A stretch of DNA of 50,707 nt from Fidelibacterota bacterium (GTDB taxonomy: Bacteria; Verrucomicrobiota; Kiritimatiellia; JAIPIQ01): assembly GCA_021734645.1 (NCBI GenBank), contig JAIPIQ010000002.1, positions 1-50,707 on the forward strand, in the 5' to 3' direction. A program made the translations under genes and the position numbers. Positions within the stretch are counted from its first letter, which is position 1. Each line of letters begins with the position of its first letter. Positions 17,704 to 26,877 of the stretch are shown piece by piece. The notes under the pieces are model-generated. The model saw only the letters and a list, made by a program, of their open reading frames with translations. It made no database searches and had not been told where the DNA came from.

Positions 17704-17902
17704 CCACTGATCACTGATCACTGGAAACGGATCACTCCTTCCCTGTGCCTCCGTTCTTCCCTGGGGCATGCTGATCTTCCGTCCCGGCCGCACCCTCGGT
17801 GAAGCGCCCGCGATTTTCGCTTGTCGCGCGGGGAGAGGAGCGCATATAAAGAGTGGACGGCGTACAGCGACAGCCGGCGAACGGGGACATGGTGAGCAGA
17901 CA

Positions 17903-18292
17903 GTGAGCAAGCCCAGAGCAGTGATCGTGGATGACGAGCGCTTCAACCGCCTATTCATTGGTGGTTTGCTGGGGCAATTGGGTTTCGACGTGGTGGGCGA
18001 AGGCGCGCGGGGCGACGAGGCCGTCACCCTGTACCGGCAGCACCAGCCCGATCTCCTGCTGCTGGATATCAATATGCCGGGGGAGGACGGCTTCGAAGCA
18101 CTGGGACGCCTCAAAGCGGCCTTTCCGGAGGCCCGGGTGGTTATGCTGACCAATGTCGCGGACCGCCAGGCCGTGCAGGAATGCGCGCGCCGGGGCGCCC
18201 TGGGTTATATCCTCAAGTCCAACCGCCCGGAGGATACCCGCGCCATGCTCAAGAAATACCTGCCGGATAACAAGGACCGGCCGACACCGTGA
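17903..18292 (+). CDS. Single-domain CheY-like response regulator
   Basis: GTG 17903 gives VSKPRAVIVDDE.... The receiver motifs are DLLLLDINMPGEDG and VVMLT. The ORF upstream of that point runs into the repeat tract. Confidence 0.8.
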   Translation: MSKPRAVIVDDERFNRLFIGGLLGQLGFDVVGEGARGDEAVTLYRQHQPDLLLLDINMPGEDGFEALGRLKAAFPEARVVMLTNVADRQAVQECARRGALGYILKSNRPEDTRAMLKKYLPDNKDRPTP

Positions 18293-18468
18293 AAGAAAGG
18301 TACAATCTGCGGGTGCTGTTGAAGGAAATCGAGCGGGATACCAATTTATCCCCCGAGGATCCCGTCCTGCTCGACCAAGCGGAAATCGCCGACTTCTTCC
18401 CGCCGGAACCCGCCGCGCCACCGGTCCCGCCCACGCCCCCCACCCCGCCCCCTGCCGATCATGGATGA
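18289..18468 (+). CDS. Possible 59-aa coupled small ORF (hypothetical, Pro-rich tail)
   Basis: It is below the track's length cutoff. The GTG start overlaps the regulator stop (GTGA) and the TGA stop overlaps the ATPase start (ATGGATGA). It translates to VKERYNLRVLLKEIERDTNLSPEDPVLLDQAEIADFFPPEPAAPPVPPTPPTPPPADHG. No homology is recognised. Confidence 0.3.
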   Translation: MKERYNLRVLLKEIERDTNLSPEDPVLLDQAEIADFFPPEPAAPPVPPTPPTPPPADHG

Positions 18469-20179
18469 GACCCTTCAACCGCTGCTTGACGAATTGTGCG
18501 CCGCGGGCTTCTTGCCGGCCGAAACGGCAGCCACCCGCCTCCAGTCCGTCGGCAACGACCCCCTGCACCTGCTGCAGGAACTGGCCCGCGAACGCCCCCG
18601 CGACAAGAACCAACTGGGCAAATTGTGGGGCAACCGCCTGGGCGTGGCCTATGTAGATCTGGACACGGTCGCCGTTGATGAAGAGGCCGCCCAACGCATC
18701 AGCGCGGATTTCGCCCGCGAATTCCAGGTTCTGCCCCTGCGCCAACTGGGCGAAGTGCTGACGGTGGCCACCTGCCACCCCGACGACTTGCGCATCGAGA
18801 ACGAGCTCGTCCAGCGGTTCAGTTGCTTTGCCCAGTTTGTATTCGCCTTCCCGGACGATCTGCTCGATGCCATTGATATTGCCTATCAGGGCGCCAACTC
18901 GATTGAGGCCATTGCCGGGGACATCCAGCGCCTGTGGGGCTCGGCCGGCGATCAGATCATGACCGTCGAACAACTCGATGCCCGGGACGGTGGACAGCGG
19001 ATCACCAAGCTGGTGGATGGTCTGATCCTCTTGGCCCTGCATGAACGGGCCAGCGACATCCACATCGAACCCGATGAGGATTTTGTCCGGATCCGGTTCC
19101 GCATTGATGGCGCCCTGCAAACCCGGCTGACCCTGGATCGCGTGCTCCTCCCCCCCCTGGTCAGCCGCTTGAAAATCATGTTCGGCGGCGATATCGCCGA
19201 ACGCCGCCTGCCCCAGGACGGCCGCCTGCGCTTCGCCCTGCGAGACCGGAAAATTGACGTGCGCTGCTCGTCCGTGCCGACGGTCCTCGGCGAGCGGATC
19301 GTGCTGCGCTTGCTGGGGCAATTGCGTGGCCGCGGCATTCCCCATCTTAGTGAATTGCACTTCTCCCAGACTATCCGCGCGGGAATTGACGAAATCAGCC
19401 GTGCGCCCAACGGGGTCTTTTTCGTGACCGGGCCCACGGGCTCCGGCAAGACCACCACGCTCTACGCGGTGCTCAAGAATCTCAATCGGCCCGACATCAA
19501 TATCATGACCATTGAAGATCCGGTGGAATACCGCCTGCCCGGCGCCAATCAAATCCAGGTCCAACCGGATGTGGGCCTGAGTTTCGCCCGGGCCCTGCGC
19601 GCCTTTCTGCGCCAAGATCCCGACGTGATCCTGATCGGTGAAATCCGCGATGCGGAAACCGCGCGCATCGCCGCCCAGGCCGCGCTGACCGGCCACCTGG
19701 TCTTTGCCACGATGCACACCAACAACGCGCTCCAGGCGGTAACTCGCATGATCGAAATTGGCGTCGAGCCCTTCCTGGTCGCCCCGTCCATTATCGCCGT
19801 GATGGCCCAGCGCCTCGTGCGCCGGCTGTGTCCCCATTGCCGCGAGGCATATCCGGCGCCGCCGGAGCTGGCCGACGAATGGTTCGAGCGCGAACCGGAC
19901 GAGCCCGTGACCCTGTACCGCAGTGCCGGCTGCCGCCGCTGCCGCAACCAGGGCTTCATCGGCCGCCTCGCCATTCACGAGCTGTTTGTCCTCAACCAGC
20001 AGATTCGCGCGGCGGTGGCCGCCAATGTCTCGGTCCTGGAGATCGAGCGCCAGGCGCGGGCGGCGGGCTACAAGAGCATGCGCTGGGATGGCGCCAAGAA
20101 AGCCCTGCGGGGCCTCACCACCCTGGCGGAAGTGGACCGCGTCTGCTACGCCGAACACGAACAGGAGCCCGCCCCATGA
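18461..20179 (+). CDS. GspE/PilB-family type II/IV secretion ATPase
   Basis: 572 aa with a T2SSE N-terminal domain, Walker A GPTGSGKTTT, an Asp box, Walker B DVILIGEIRD, a His box ATMHTNNA and a tetracysteine CPHC...CRRC. Confidence 0.9.
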   Translation: MDETLQPLLDELCAAGFLPAETAATRLQSVGNDPLHLLQELARERPRDKNQLGKLWGNRLGVAYVDLDTVAVDEEAAQRISADFAREFQVLPLRQLGEVLTVATCHPDDLRIENELVQRFSCFAQFVFAFPDDLLDAIDIAYQGANSIEAIAGDIQRLWGSAGDQIMTVEQLDARDGGQRITKLVDGLILLALHERASDIHIEPDEDFVRIRFRIDGALQTRLTLDRVLLPPLVSRLKIMFGGDIAERRLPQDGRLRFALRDRKIDVRCSSVPTVLGERIVLRLLGQLRGRGIPHLSELHFSQTIRAGIDEISRAPNGVFFVTGPTGSGKTTTLYAVLKNLNRPDINIMTIEDPVEYRLPGANQIQVQPDVGLSFARALRAFLRQDPDVILIGEIRDAETARIAAQAALTGHLVFATMHTNNALQAVTRMIEIGVEPFLVAPSIIAVMAQRLVRRLCPHCREAYPAPPELADEWFEREPDEPVTLYRSAGCRRCRNQGFIGRLAIHELFVLNQQIRAAVAANVSVLEIERQARAAGYKSMRWDGAKKALRGLTTLAEVDRVCYAEHEQEPAP

Positions 20180-21768
20180 ATCCGTTCGCCCCCCGTTTCC
20201 TGATCGTGGATGATCTCGAGGCCAACCGCTTGTACCTGACCCGCCTGATCCAGCATTTCTTCCCCCGCGCCAAGCTGCGGGAAGTGGACAGCGGCGAAGC
20301 CGCGCTGGCCGCCGTGGCCGAGGAAGCGCCGGATATCATCCTCCTGGACGTCATGATGCCAGGGCTGACCGGCTTCGAGGTCTGCCGCGCCATCAAGGAA
20401 AACCCGGCCACGCAAACCATCCTGGTGCTGATGATCTCCGGCCAGCGTACGGATACCCAGTCGCGCGTCTGCGGCCTCGAAGAAGGCGCCGACAGCTACC
20501 TCTGCAAACCCTTCGAACCCGCCGAGCTCGTGGCCCAGATGCGCGCCCTGTTGCGCATCCGGCAAATCGAACACCGCCTCGAAGAAAAACAGAAACTACT
20601 CGAAGTGGCACGGGACGAAGCCCAGGAAGCCGCCCACGCCAAAAGCGAATTCCTGGCCCATATGAGCCATGAAATCCGCACGCCGCTCAACGCGGTAATC
20701 GGGATGACCGAACTGTTGATGGAAACCACGCTGGACGACGAACAGCAGGAGTACGCCCAAACCGTTCATACCGCCAGCGAATCCCTGCTGCAAATCGTCA
20801 ACGACGTGCTCGATTTCTCGAAAATCGAGTCCGGCCGCATGAGCCTCGAGCAACAACCGGTGCCCATCCCGGAGATGATCGCCGAAGTGGTCCGCCTGAT
20901 GCAGGCCCAAGCCGATGCCAAAGGCCTGACCTTGGCCACCACCGTCGCGCCCGGCACCCCGGCCGTCTTGCTGGGCGACCCCCTGCGCTTGCGCCAGATC
21001 CTGATCAACCTGCTCAATAACGCGGTCAAATTCACGGAGCGGGGGAGCGTGCGGCTCGCCGTGCGCGGCAAACGGGTTGCCTCCGGGTGCCAGGTGGAAT
21101 TCACGGTGCAGGACACGGGGATCGGGATTCCGCCCGAGAAGGTGGACCGGTTATTCCGACCGTTCAGCCAGGTGGATGCCTCAACCTCACGCCGCTTTGG
21201 CGGCACAGGGCTGGGCCTGGTGATCAGCCAGCGGCTGGCAACGCTCATGGACGGCCAGATCACCGTGGAGAGTCAGCCCGGCGCAGGGACCACCTTCCGC
21301 CTCGAGGTGCAGCTCGCCAATCCCGAGGCGATCGCCGCAGCCCCCGTGCCGTCGGCAGCCAAGCGTCAGGCCGCGCGGGATCTGCGCATTTTGGTGGCCG
21401 AGGATAACCCGGTCAATCGGCAGGTGGTCGGCTTGCTCCTCGAACGCCTCGGGCACGGCTGTTCCTTTGTCGAAAACGGCCAGCAGGCCGTTGAGGCGGT
21501 CCGTCAGACTCCCTATGATGTCGTCCTGATGGATCTGCAAATGCCCGTTATGGATGGCCTGACCGCCCTGCAGGTGATTCGCCGTGAAATGCCACCGGAC
21601 CAACAACCCTGGATTATCGCCCTGACGGCCCATGCCATTCACGGCGCGCGGGAAGAGTACTTATCCGCCGGCATGAATGATTATTTAAGCAAACCCTTAC
21701 GGCGCAGCGCCCTGGAAGAAGCCCTCGGGCGCGTGCCCCTCCAACCCGGATCTTCGAGCCTATCATGA
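20176..21768 (+). CDS. Hybrid sensor histidine kinase (REC-HisKA-HATPase_c-REC)
   Basis: ATG 20176 overlaps the upstream stop (ATGA). It has an N-terminal receiver ([10 protein letters not shown]...LLDVMMPG), H-box [10 protein letters not shown]-boxes DTGIGI and GGTGLGL, and a C-terminal receiver ([10 protein letters not shown]...[11 protein letters not shown]). Confidence 0.9.
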   Translation: MNPFAPRFLIVDDLEANRLYLTRLIQHFFPRAKLREVDSGEAALAAVAEEAPDIILLDVMMPGLTGFEVCRAIKENPATQTILVLMISGQRTDTQSRVCGLEEGADSYLCKPFEPAELVAQMRALLRIRQIEHRLEEKQKLLEVARDEAQEAAHAKSEFLAHMSHEIRTPLNAVIGMTELLMETTLDDEQQEYAQTVHTASESLLQIVNDVLDFSKIESGRMSLEQQPVPIPEMIAEVVRLMQAQADAKGLTLATTVAPGTPAVLLGDPLRLRQILINLLNNAVKFTERGSVRLAVRGKRVASGCQVEFTVQDTGIGIPPEKVDRLFRPFSQVDASTSRRFGGTGLGLVISQRLATLMDGQITVESQPGAGTTFRLEVQLANPEAIAAAPVPSAAKRQAARDLRILVAEDNPVNRQVVGLLLERLGHGCSFVENGQQAVEAVRQTPYDVVLMDLQMPVMDGLTALQVIRREMPPDQQPWIIALTAHAIHGAREEYLSAGMNDYLSKPLRRSALEEALGRVPLQPGSSSLS

Positions 21769-22154
21769 AATACCGCGTACTGATCATTGACGACGAACCC
21801 GATTTGCGGCGCCTGCTGGCGCGGGCCGTGGCCAGTTTCGGCTATGACGTACAGTGCGCGGATGACGGCCGCGCCGGCGCGGCCATTTGCCAAACGTGGG
21901 CCCCCCACCTGGTGCTGACGGATATTTTCATGCCCGAACAGGACGGGCTCGAAACCATTCGCTGGCTCCGAAAAGCCGCGCCGGACATCAAGGTGGTGGT
22001 CATGTCCGGCGGGGGCGGCGTGGGCGACCTGAGTATGTTGCGCGCCGCGCGCGCGCTGGGCGCGTTGCAGGTCCTGGCCAAGCCCTTCGATCTGGCCGAC
22101 TTGAAGACCACCCTGGCGGCGCATCTGCCGCCACCGGACGCCGCGGGCGCCTGA
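21765..22154 (+). CDS. Single-domain CheY-like response regulator
   Basis: 129 aa with VLIIDDEPD, VLTDIFMPEQDG and KPF. The start overlaps the kinase stop. Confidence 0.85.
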   Translation: MKYRVLIIDDEPDLRRLLARAVASFGYDVQCADDGRAGAAICQTWAPHLVLTDIFMPEQDGLETIRWLRKAAPDIKVVVMSGGGGVGDLSMLRAARALGALQVLAKPFDLADLKTTLAAHLPPPDAAGA

Positions 22155-22177
22155 GTCCCCCCCAGGGAACCGCGGGT

Positions 22178-23815
22178 ATGCGGCGGCAAGAATCCTGGGT
22201 GCAGCGCGTAGGGCTGGGGCTGGCTGTTGCCGCGCTGTTTTTCGCGGCGGCCGAGGGCCTGCTGCGCTTGAACGGATTCCGCTATGCGCCGCCGGTGAAG
22301 GTGCTCGAAGTGCCGACCGTCGCCGATTACATCGGCACCTATGAGCATTACTGGCCCACCCACCTGACGCCACCCGGCTATGTCTGGCGGACGGAACCCA
22401 ATACGAAAATCACCGATGCCCATGGTTTCCGGCGGCCGGGGGTGGCCGACCGGAAGGATCCGGCCAAAATGCGGATTGCCTTTCTGGGCGGCTCGACCAC
22501 CCAGGGCGGGTACCCCGCCTATCCCGAGCGCACGATCCGCCTGCTGAACGAGGCCGCCGGTCGCCAACGGTTCGAGCACTTGAACGCCGCCTGTTCCAGT
22601 TACTCGACCCACCAGAGCCTGCTCGCCCTGCAGCGCTGGGTGCTGCCGCTCAAACCGGATGTACTCCTGGTCTATCATGGCTGGAACGACGGCTATCTGC
22701 AAAGCGACGGCTACAGCGACCGCGAGAAAGATCCGCTGGCCGGGGATGCCGCCCTGGCCGCCTCCTCGGCCTTGACCTGGCTGCGGCAATGGCGCCTCAC
22801 CCAGGCCCTGGGATGGCTCGTCCGCCGTCTGGATCGCACCTGGCCCCGCCCACGGGTCGGCGAACGCGCCTTCGCCGAAAACCTCCGCCACATCGCCGAA
22901 ATCTGCCGCCGGGAAGGCGTTCCCCTCGTTCTACTGACCCGCCCGGCCACCCGCCTGCGCCCCCTGCCCGCCCTGGATGAAATGTCCCTCACGGCTTATG
23001 AACGCCTGCTGGGCACGCGTGATCGCGCTGCCATCTATACCCGCCTCCATGCCCGCCAGAATGCCGTCATCCGGCGGATCGCCGCGGCCTATGAACATGT
23101 TTCCCTCGCCGATGCCTCCGCCTTTCTGGACGACATTCAGGCCCGACAACGCAAGGGCGCATACGGCGACCACATCACCATCTTCCAGCGGGATGCCTGC
23201 CACCTGGGAGATTTTGCCAATCAACTGCTGGCTGAGTTTCTGGCCCGGGAACTGAGCGCGCGCTTCGCGCCCGAACTCGAAGCCGGGATTTCCGCCCGGA
23301 TCAACAGTCCCACCTACGCGCTGGCGCTGGCCGCTGAGTTCAATGCCGCCCTGCGGCCCTGGGAAGCGCTGTACCAGGCCCGTAAGGCCCAAACACGCAG
23401 CACCGACCCGGAGATCCAGGCCCGCGGCGCCGCCCTGGCCGAAGAGGCGGCCGCCAATATGGAATTCGCCACGCTTTTCTATGAAGGCCGCTGGGGCGGC
23501 AGCGCCCCGGACTTCGAAAGCAAGATCGAGAAATTGCGCCGCTGCCAGCAGTTGCGGCCTACCGACCTGGGCGTCTGCCTGCAAATCTTCCGGGTGTGCC
23601 TCTACGTGGATCAACTGCCCGTCGCCGCCGCCGCCATGAATCTGTTTCAGCCCAATACGCTGGCGGCGCGCTACGAGTGGCTCGAGTTCGTCTTGCTCTC
23701 ACACATGGCTGGCGAGCGCCACCAGGCCGCCGCCCGCGCCGCCGCCGAACTGCTGCGCCTGAACCCGGAGCATCAGGGCGCCCGGGACATCCTGGATCGC
23801 GTGCGCCCCTACTGA
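22178..23815 (+). CDS. SGNH/GDSL-like hydrolase domain protein with helical C-terminal half
   Basis: ATG 22178 gives MRRQESW with an N-terminal TM segment. Block I-like IAFLGGSTTQG and block III-like LLVYHGWND are present. The C-terminal ~200 aa are alpha-helical and TPR-like. Confidence 0.5.
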   Translation: MRRQESWVQRVGLGLAVAALFFAAAEGLLRLNGFRYAPPVKVLEVPTVADYIGTYEHYWPTHLTPPGYVWRTEPNTKITDAHGFRRPGVADRKDPAKMRIAFLGGSTTQGGYPAYPERTIRLLNEAAGRQRFEHLNAACSSYSTHQSLLALQRWVLPLKPDVLLVYHGWNDGYLQSDGYSDREKDPLAGDAALAASSALTWLRQWRLTQALGWLVRRLDRTWPRPRVGERAFAENLRHIAEICRREGVPLVLLTRPATRLRPLPALDEMSLTAYERLLGTRDRAAIYTRLHARQNAVIRRIAAAYEHVSLADASAFLDDIQARQRKGAYGDHITIFQRDACHLGDFANQLLAEFLARELSARFAPELEAGISARINSPTYALALAAEFNAALRPWEALYQARKAQTRSTDPEIQARGAALAEEAAANMEFATLFYEGRWGGSAPDFESKIEKLRRCQQLRPTDLGVCLQIFRVCLYVDQLPVAAAAMNLFQPNTLAARYEWLEFVLLSHMAGERHQAAARAAAELLRLNPEHQGARDILDRVRPY

Positions 23816-24921
23816 TTCATGCGCATGGGCATCAGCACGTACAGAAACGGCACGTCGGCTTTCATCAGGCCGGGACTCAGATCGTCGGTCAACTCGAGAT
23901 ACACCTCATCGCCATGCAGGCGCCGCAGGGGATCCATCACGAATTCCGGATTGAAGGCCACCATCAAATCCTTGCCGCCGTACTTGATGGGCAGCACCTC
24001 GCGGGACTCGCCGACTTCCGGCACCTCCACAGACAACTCGACCTGGTTCTTGGTGAAGACCATGCGCAGGAGCCGGGTGTTATCCGCCCCGGCAATGATC
24101 GAAACCCGCTTGACGGCGTCCAGCAAAGCCTCCCGCTCGAAAGCCACCCGCTCTTCGCAATGGGTCGGAATTACCTGGCGGAAGTTCGGGTACTTTTCTT
24201 CGAGCAGCCGCGAGACCATGAACGTACTGCCATAATCAAAAGAAATCTGACTGCCCGCGGCTTGAATCCGCACGGGCGTCTCCGCGTCGTCCGAGAGCGT
24301 CCGCAGCAATTCGCCCACGGTCTTGAGCGGCAACAGATAATCCGCTTCCGCCTCGGCCGGAAACTCGACCTCCTGCTCGACCAACGCCAGACGCCGGCCG
24401 TCGGTGCCCACCGCCGCCGCTTGATCCCCCTTGAAACTCAACAGCACACCGTTCAAATTCCGCCGGCTGTCTTCGTTCGACGCCGCATAGTGGGTCTTCT
24501 CGAGCATGTCTCGCAGGACGCTTTGAGGCAATTGATAACTGAATCCGCCCTCGAAGCGGGGCAGCGGCGGAAAATCATCTTCCGAAATCCCATGCAGCTT
24601 GGAAAAGGCCGGCCGGGCGGTAATGCTGGCAATGTCGCTGGCATCCACCGCGAATTCAATCTCCCGCCCGGGCAACTCACGACAGATGTTCATCAGTTGC
24701 TTGGCGGGCAGGGTCGTCCCCCCGGATTTGCCCACCTCGGCAGTCACATGAATGCGCAAGCCCAATTCCAGGTCGGAAGCGGACAAGGTCAGATGTTCGC
24801 CCTCCGCCACCAGCAGGACATTGGCCAGCACGGGCAAAGTGGGCCGATTGTTGATGATCGCACAGACTTTCTGCAATCCTGCCACCAGCTCGTCTTTTTT
24901 GACTTTGAACTTCATGATCAC
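23809..24921 (-). CDS. dnaN: DNA polymerase III beta sliding clamp
   Basis: 370 aa. The N-terminus is MKFKVKKDELVAGLQKV..II..RPTLPVLANVLL. Length is canonical and it lies immediately downstream of dnaA. Confidence 0.95.
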   Translation of the reverse strand: MIMKFKVKKDELVAGLQKVCAIINNRPTLPVLANVLLVAEGEHLTLSASDLELGLRIHVTAEVGKSGGTTLPAKQLMNICRELPGREIEFAVDASDIASITARPAFSKLHGISEDDFPPLPRFEGGFSYQLPQSVLRDMLEKTHYAASNEDSRRNLNGVLLSFKGDQAAAVGTDGRRLALVEQEVEFPAEAEADYLLPLKTVGELLRTLSDDAETPVRIQAAGSQISFDYGSTFMVSRLLEEKYPNFRQVIPTHCEERVAFEREALLDAVKRVSIIAGADNTRLLRMVFTKNQVELSVEVPEVGESREVLPIKYGGKDLMVAFNPEFVMDPLRRLHGDEVYLELTDDLSPGLMKADVPFLYVLMPMRMNQ

Positions 24922-24991
24922 TCCTTTTCCTCCCCGGCCAGGGTACGGAGAAGACTAAATATGTATTTACCCTATTCTTATTACTATACCC

Positions 24992-25177
24992 TGTGGATAA
25001 GCGCAATACCTTCCTGTCCGGCCTTTGGGCACATGGTTTTTTCCGGGGGCGCAGCCTGTGGACAAGCAGGTGGGCAACCGGCAATAACCTGGCGCGCTTG
25101 TGGACAGCTTGGCCAGCCTGTGCATAAAGCCGGGCTTGCCCACAGTCTGTCCAGTGGTTATCCCCGACTTATGCACA
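24992..25177. promoter_or_regulatory. DnaA-box cluster in the dnaA-dnaN intergenic region
   Basis: TGTGGATAA 24992-25000 is a perfect complement of TTATCCACA. Near-matches are TGTGGACAA 25057-25065, TGTGGACAG 25099-25107, TGTGCATAA 25119-25127, TTGCCCACA 25136-25144, TTATCCCCG 25158-25166 and TTATGCACA 25169-25177. Confidence 0.7.
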
Positions 25178-25235
25178 GACAATTGACAGGTGGGCGCGGC
25201 GTGCGTACAGCGTGCGGAACTCGCCCGGCGGGGGC

Positions 25236-26597
25236 TCACGGTCGGCCCTGCAGTTGGTAGGCCAACTGGTTGACCCGGCGCCGCATGGATTCATCCCGCC
25301 CGAGGGTCGCGGTGACCTGGCGGCAGGCGTGCAGGACCGTGGCATGATTGCGGCCGAAGGCCGCCCCGATGGCCGGGAATGACTCCTGGGTCAGCTCGCG
25401 GGACAAGTACATGGCCACCTGGCGCGGCCAGGCAATGTTCTTCGGGCGGCGGTTGCCGTTCAGATCCGCCAGCCGGATGTCAAAATGCTCCGCCACCGCC
25501 CGCTGGATGCACTCGATCCCTAAACGCGGCGTCTCTTCCTGGTCCATCATGTCGCGCAGTAAACGATCCAGCCGCTCGCGGGGCAGGTCGGCCTGGCCGT
25601 TCAAAGCCGCAAACGCCGCCACCCGCACCAGGGCGCCCTCGAGCCGCCGGATGTTCGCGCGAATGCGCTCGGCCAAATACGTCAACACCGCGTCCGGTAC
25701 TTGCAGGCGCTGCTCCGTCCGCTTGGCCCGCAAAATCGCAATCCGCGTTTCCAGATCCGGCCGCTCAAGCTCCGAGGCCAGGCCCCAGTCAAAACGCGTC
25801 ACCAAGCGATTCTCGAGCTTCGGAATCTCCCCGGCCGGCCGGTCCGAGGTGAGCACAATCTGTTTTTGATTCTCGAAAAGAGCATTGAATGTATGGAAAA
25901 ATTCTTCCTGCATGCCGTTTTTATCAGCCAGAAAATGAACATCATCAATGAGCAGCAGGTCCACGCTCCGGTAGCGCTTGCGGAAGGCGATCAGCTCGCG
26001 GGTCTGAATGGCGTGGATATATTCGTTGGTAAAAGCCTCGCAGGTGCGGTAACAGATTTGCATGTGCGGATCGCGGGCCACGGAGGCGCCGATGGCATGC
26101 ATCAAGTGGGTCTTGCCGAGCCCGGAACTCCCGTATATGAAGAGCGGGTTATAGGCGCGGGCCAACGCTTGGGTCACGGCCAGGGCGGCCGCATGCGCGA
26201 AGCTGTTCGAGGGGCCGACGATGAACTGGTCGAACGTGTAGCGCGGATTCAGTTGCGGGGGTTCCGCGAGGACCGGCGCGGTGCGGGCGCGCTTGCGGGG
26301 CGGCGGGGCCTTGCGGGTCAGCACCGGAGGAGGCGGCTGGTCGGAAACCGCGAACTGAATGCGCAGCGGCCGGCCCGTCGTCTTGGCGAGCGTTTCGTGA
26401 ATGAGGGAGAGATAATGTTCTTCGAGCCAGGTTTGATAAAAGTCGTTGGCGACAATCAAGGTCAGCGTGTCGTCCGTGAGGGTTCCCGCTTGAATGTGGG
26501 CAATCCAACGCTCGTAGACGTCCGGCGACAGGAGCGCGGAGAGGTCACGACACACCGCCTCCCATGTCGCCCGCGCCTCCATACTCATGCCCGTCAT
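25236..26597 (-). CDS. dnaA: Chromosomal replication initiator DnaA
   Basis: 453 aa. It has Walker A GSSGLGKTHLMHA, box VII LLIDDVHFL and the C-terminal DNA-binding block VAMYLSRELT..SFPAIGAAFGRNHATVLHA. Confidence 0.97.
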   Translation of the reverse strand: MTGMSMEARATWEAVCRDLSALLSPDVYERWIAHIQAGTLTDDTLTLIVANDFYQTWLEEHYLSLIHETLAKTTGRPLRIQFAVSDQPPPPVLTRKAPPPRKRARTAPVLAEPPQLNPRYTFDQFIVGPSNSFAHAAALAVTQALARAYNPLFIYGSSGLGKTHLMHAIGASVARDPHMQICYRTCEAFTNEYIHAIQTRELIAFRKRYRSVDLLLIDDVHFLADKNGMQEEFFHTFNALFENQKQIVLTSDRPAGEIPKLENRLVTRFDWGLASELERPDLETRIAILRAKRTEQRLQVPDAVLTYLAERIRANIRRLEGALVRVAAFAALNGQADLPRERLDRLLRDMMDQEETPRLGIECIQRAVAEHFDIRLADLNGNRRPKNIAWPRQVAMYLSRELTQESFPAIGAAFGRNHATVLHACRQVTATLGRDESMRRRVNQLAYQLQGRP

Positions 26598-26877
26598 CTC
26601 CCTAAAAAACTGAAAAAACCAACTTTATCCGGCACTTATCAACAAGTTATTCACAAGCCGTGCCAGGATGCCCTGACCTGTCACAGGCGACAGTATGCGG
26701 CCTGTCAACCCCCCTCAAGCGAAAAAAACGGGAAAGCGCTCAAAAAAAAGGATACCACAAGCAATGGTGGTGTGTCATCTTGACTAATACTAAATGCATA
26801 GGGCTGGCAACGGAAACTTTGGAACTCGTTTAGATGTCGTTAGTTATGTGTTTTGATTCAAGAAACCCAAGGAATCA
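26598..26877. promoter_or_regulatory. dnaA upstream region: three tandem DnaA-box-like sites plus an A/T-rich stretch (oriC/DUE candidate and dnaA promoter)
   Basis: TTATCCGGC 26625-26633, TTATCAACA 26636-26644 and TTATTCACA 26647-26655 are all in the same orientation. Positions 26700-26877 are the most A/T-rich non-coding DNA in the core part (A-runs, TAATACTAAATGCATAG, TTAGTTATGTGTTTTGATTC). Confidence 0.55.

Noticed and set aside
17951-20158. 735-aa minus-strand ORF, one of the longest in the track
   Set aside because: It is exactly antisense to the GspE/PilB ATPase, which has full Walker/Asp/His-box motifs. The product is G/A/R/Q-rich low-complexity sequence with no motifs, a typical shadow ORF in high-G+C DNA.
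23596-26783. Plus-strand ORFs of 554 aa (23596-25260) and 360 aa (25701-26783)
   Set aside because: They are antisense to dnaN and dnaA respectively. The first also runs through the DnaA-box spacer. Neither has homology signals.
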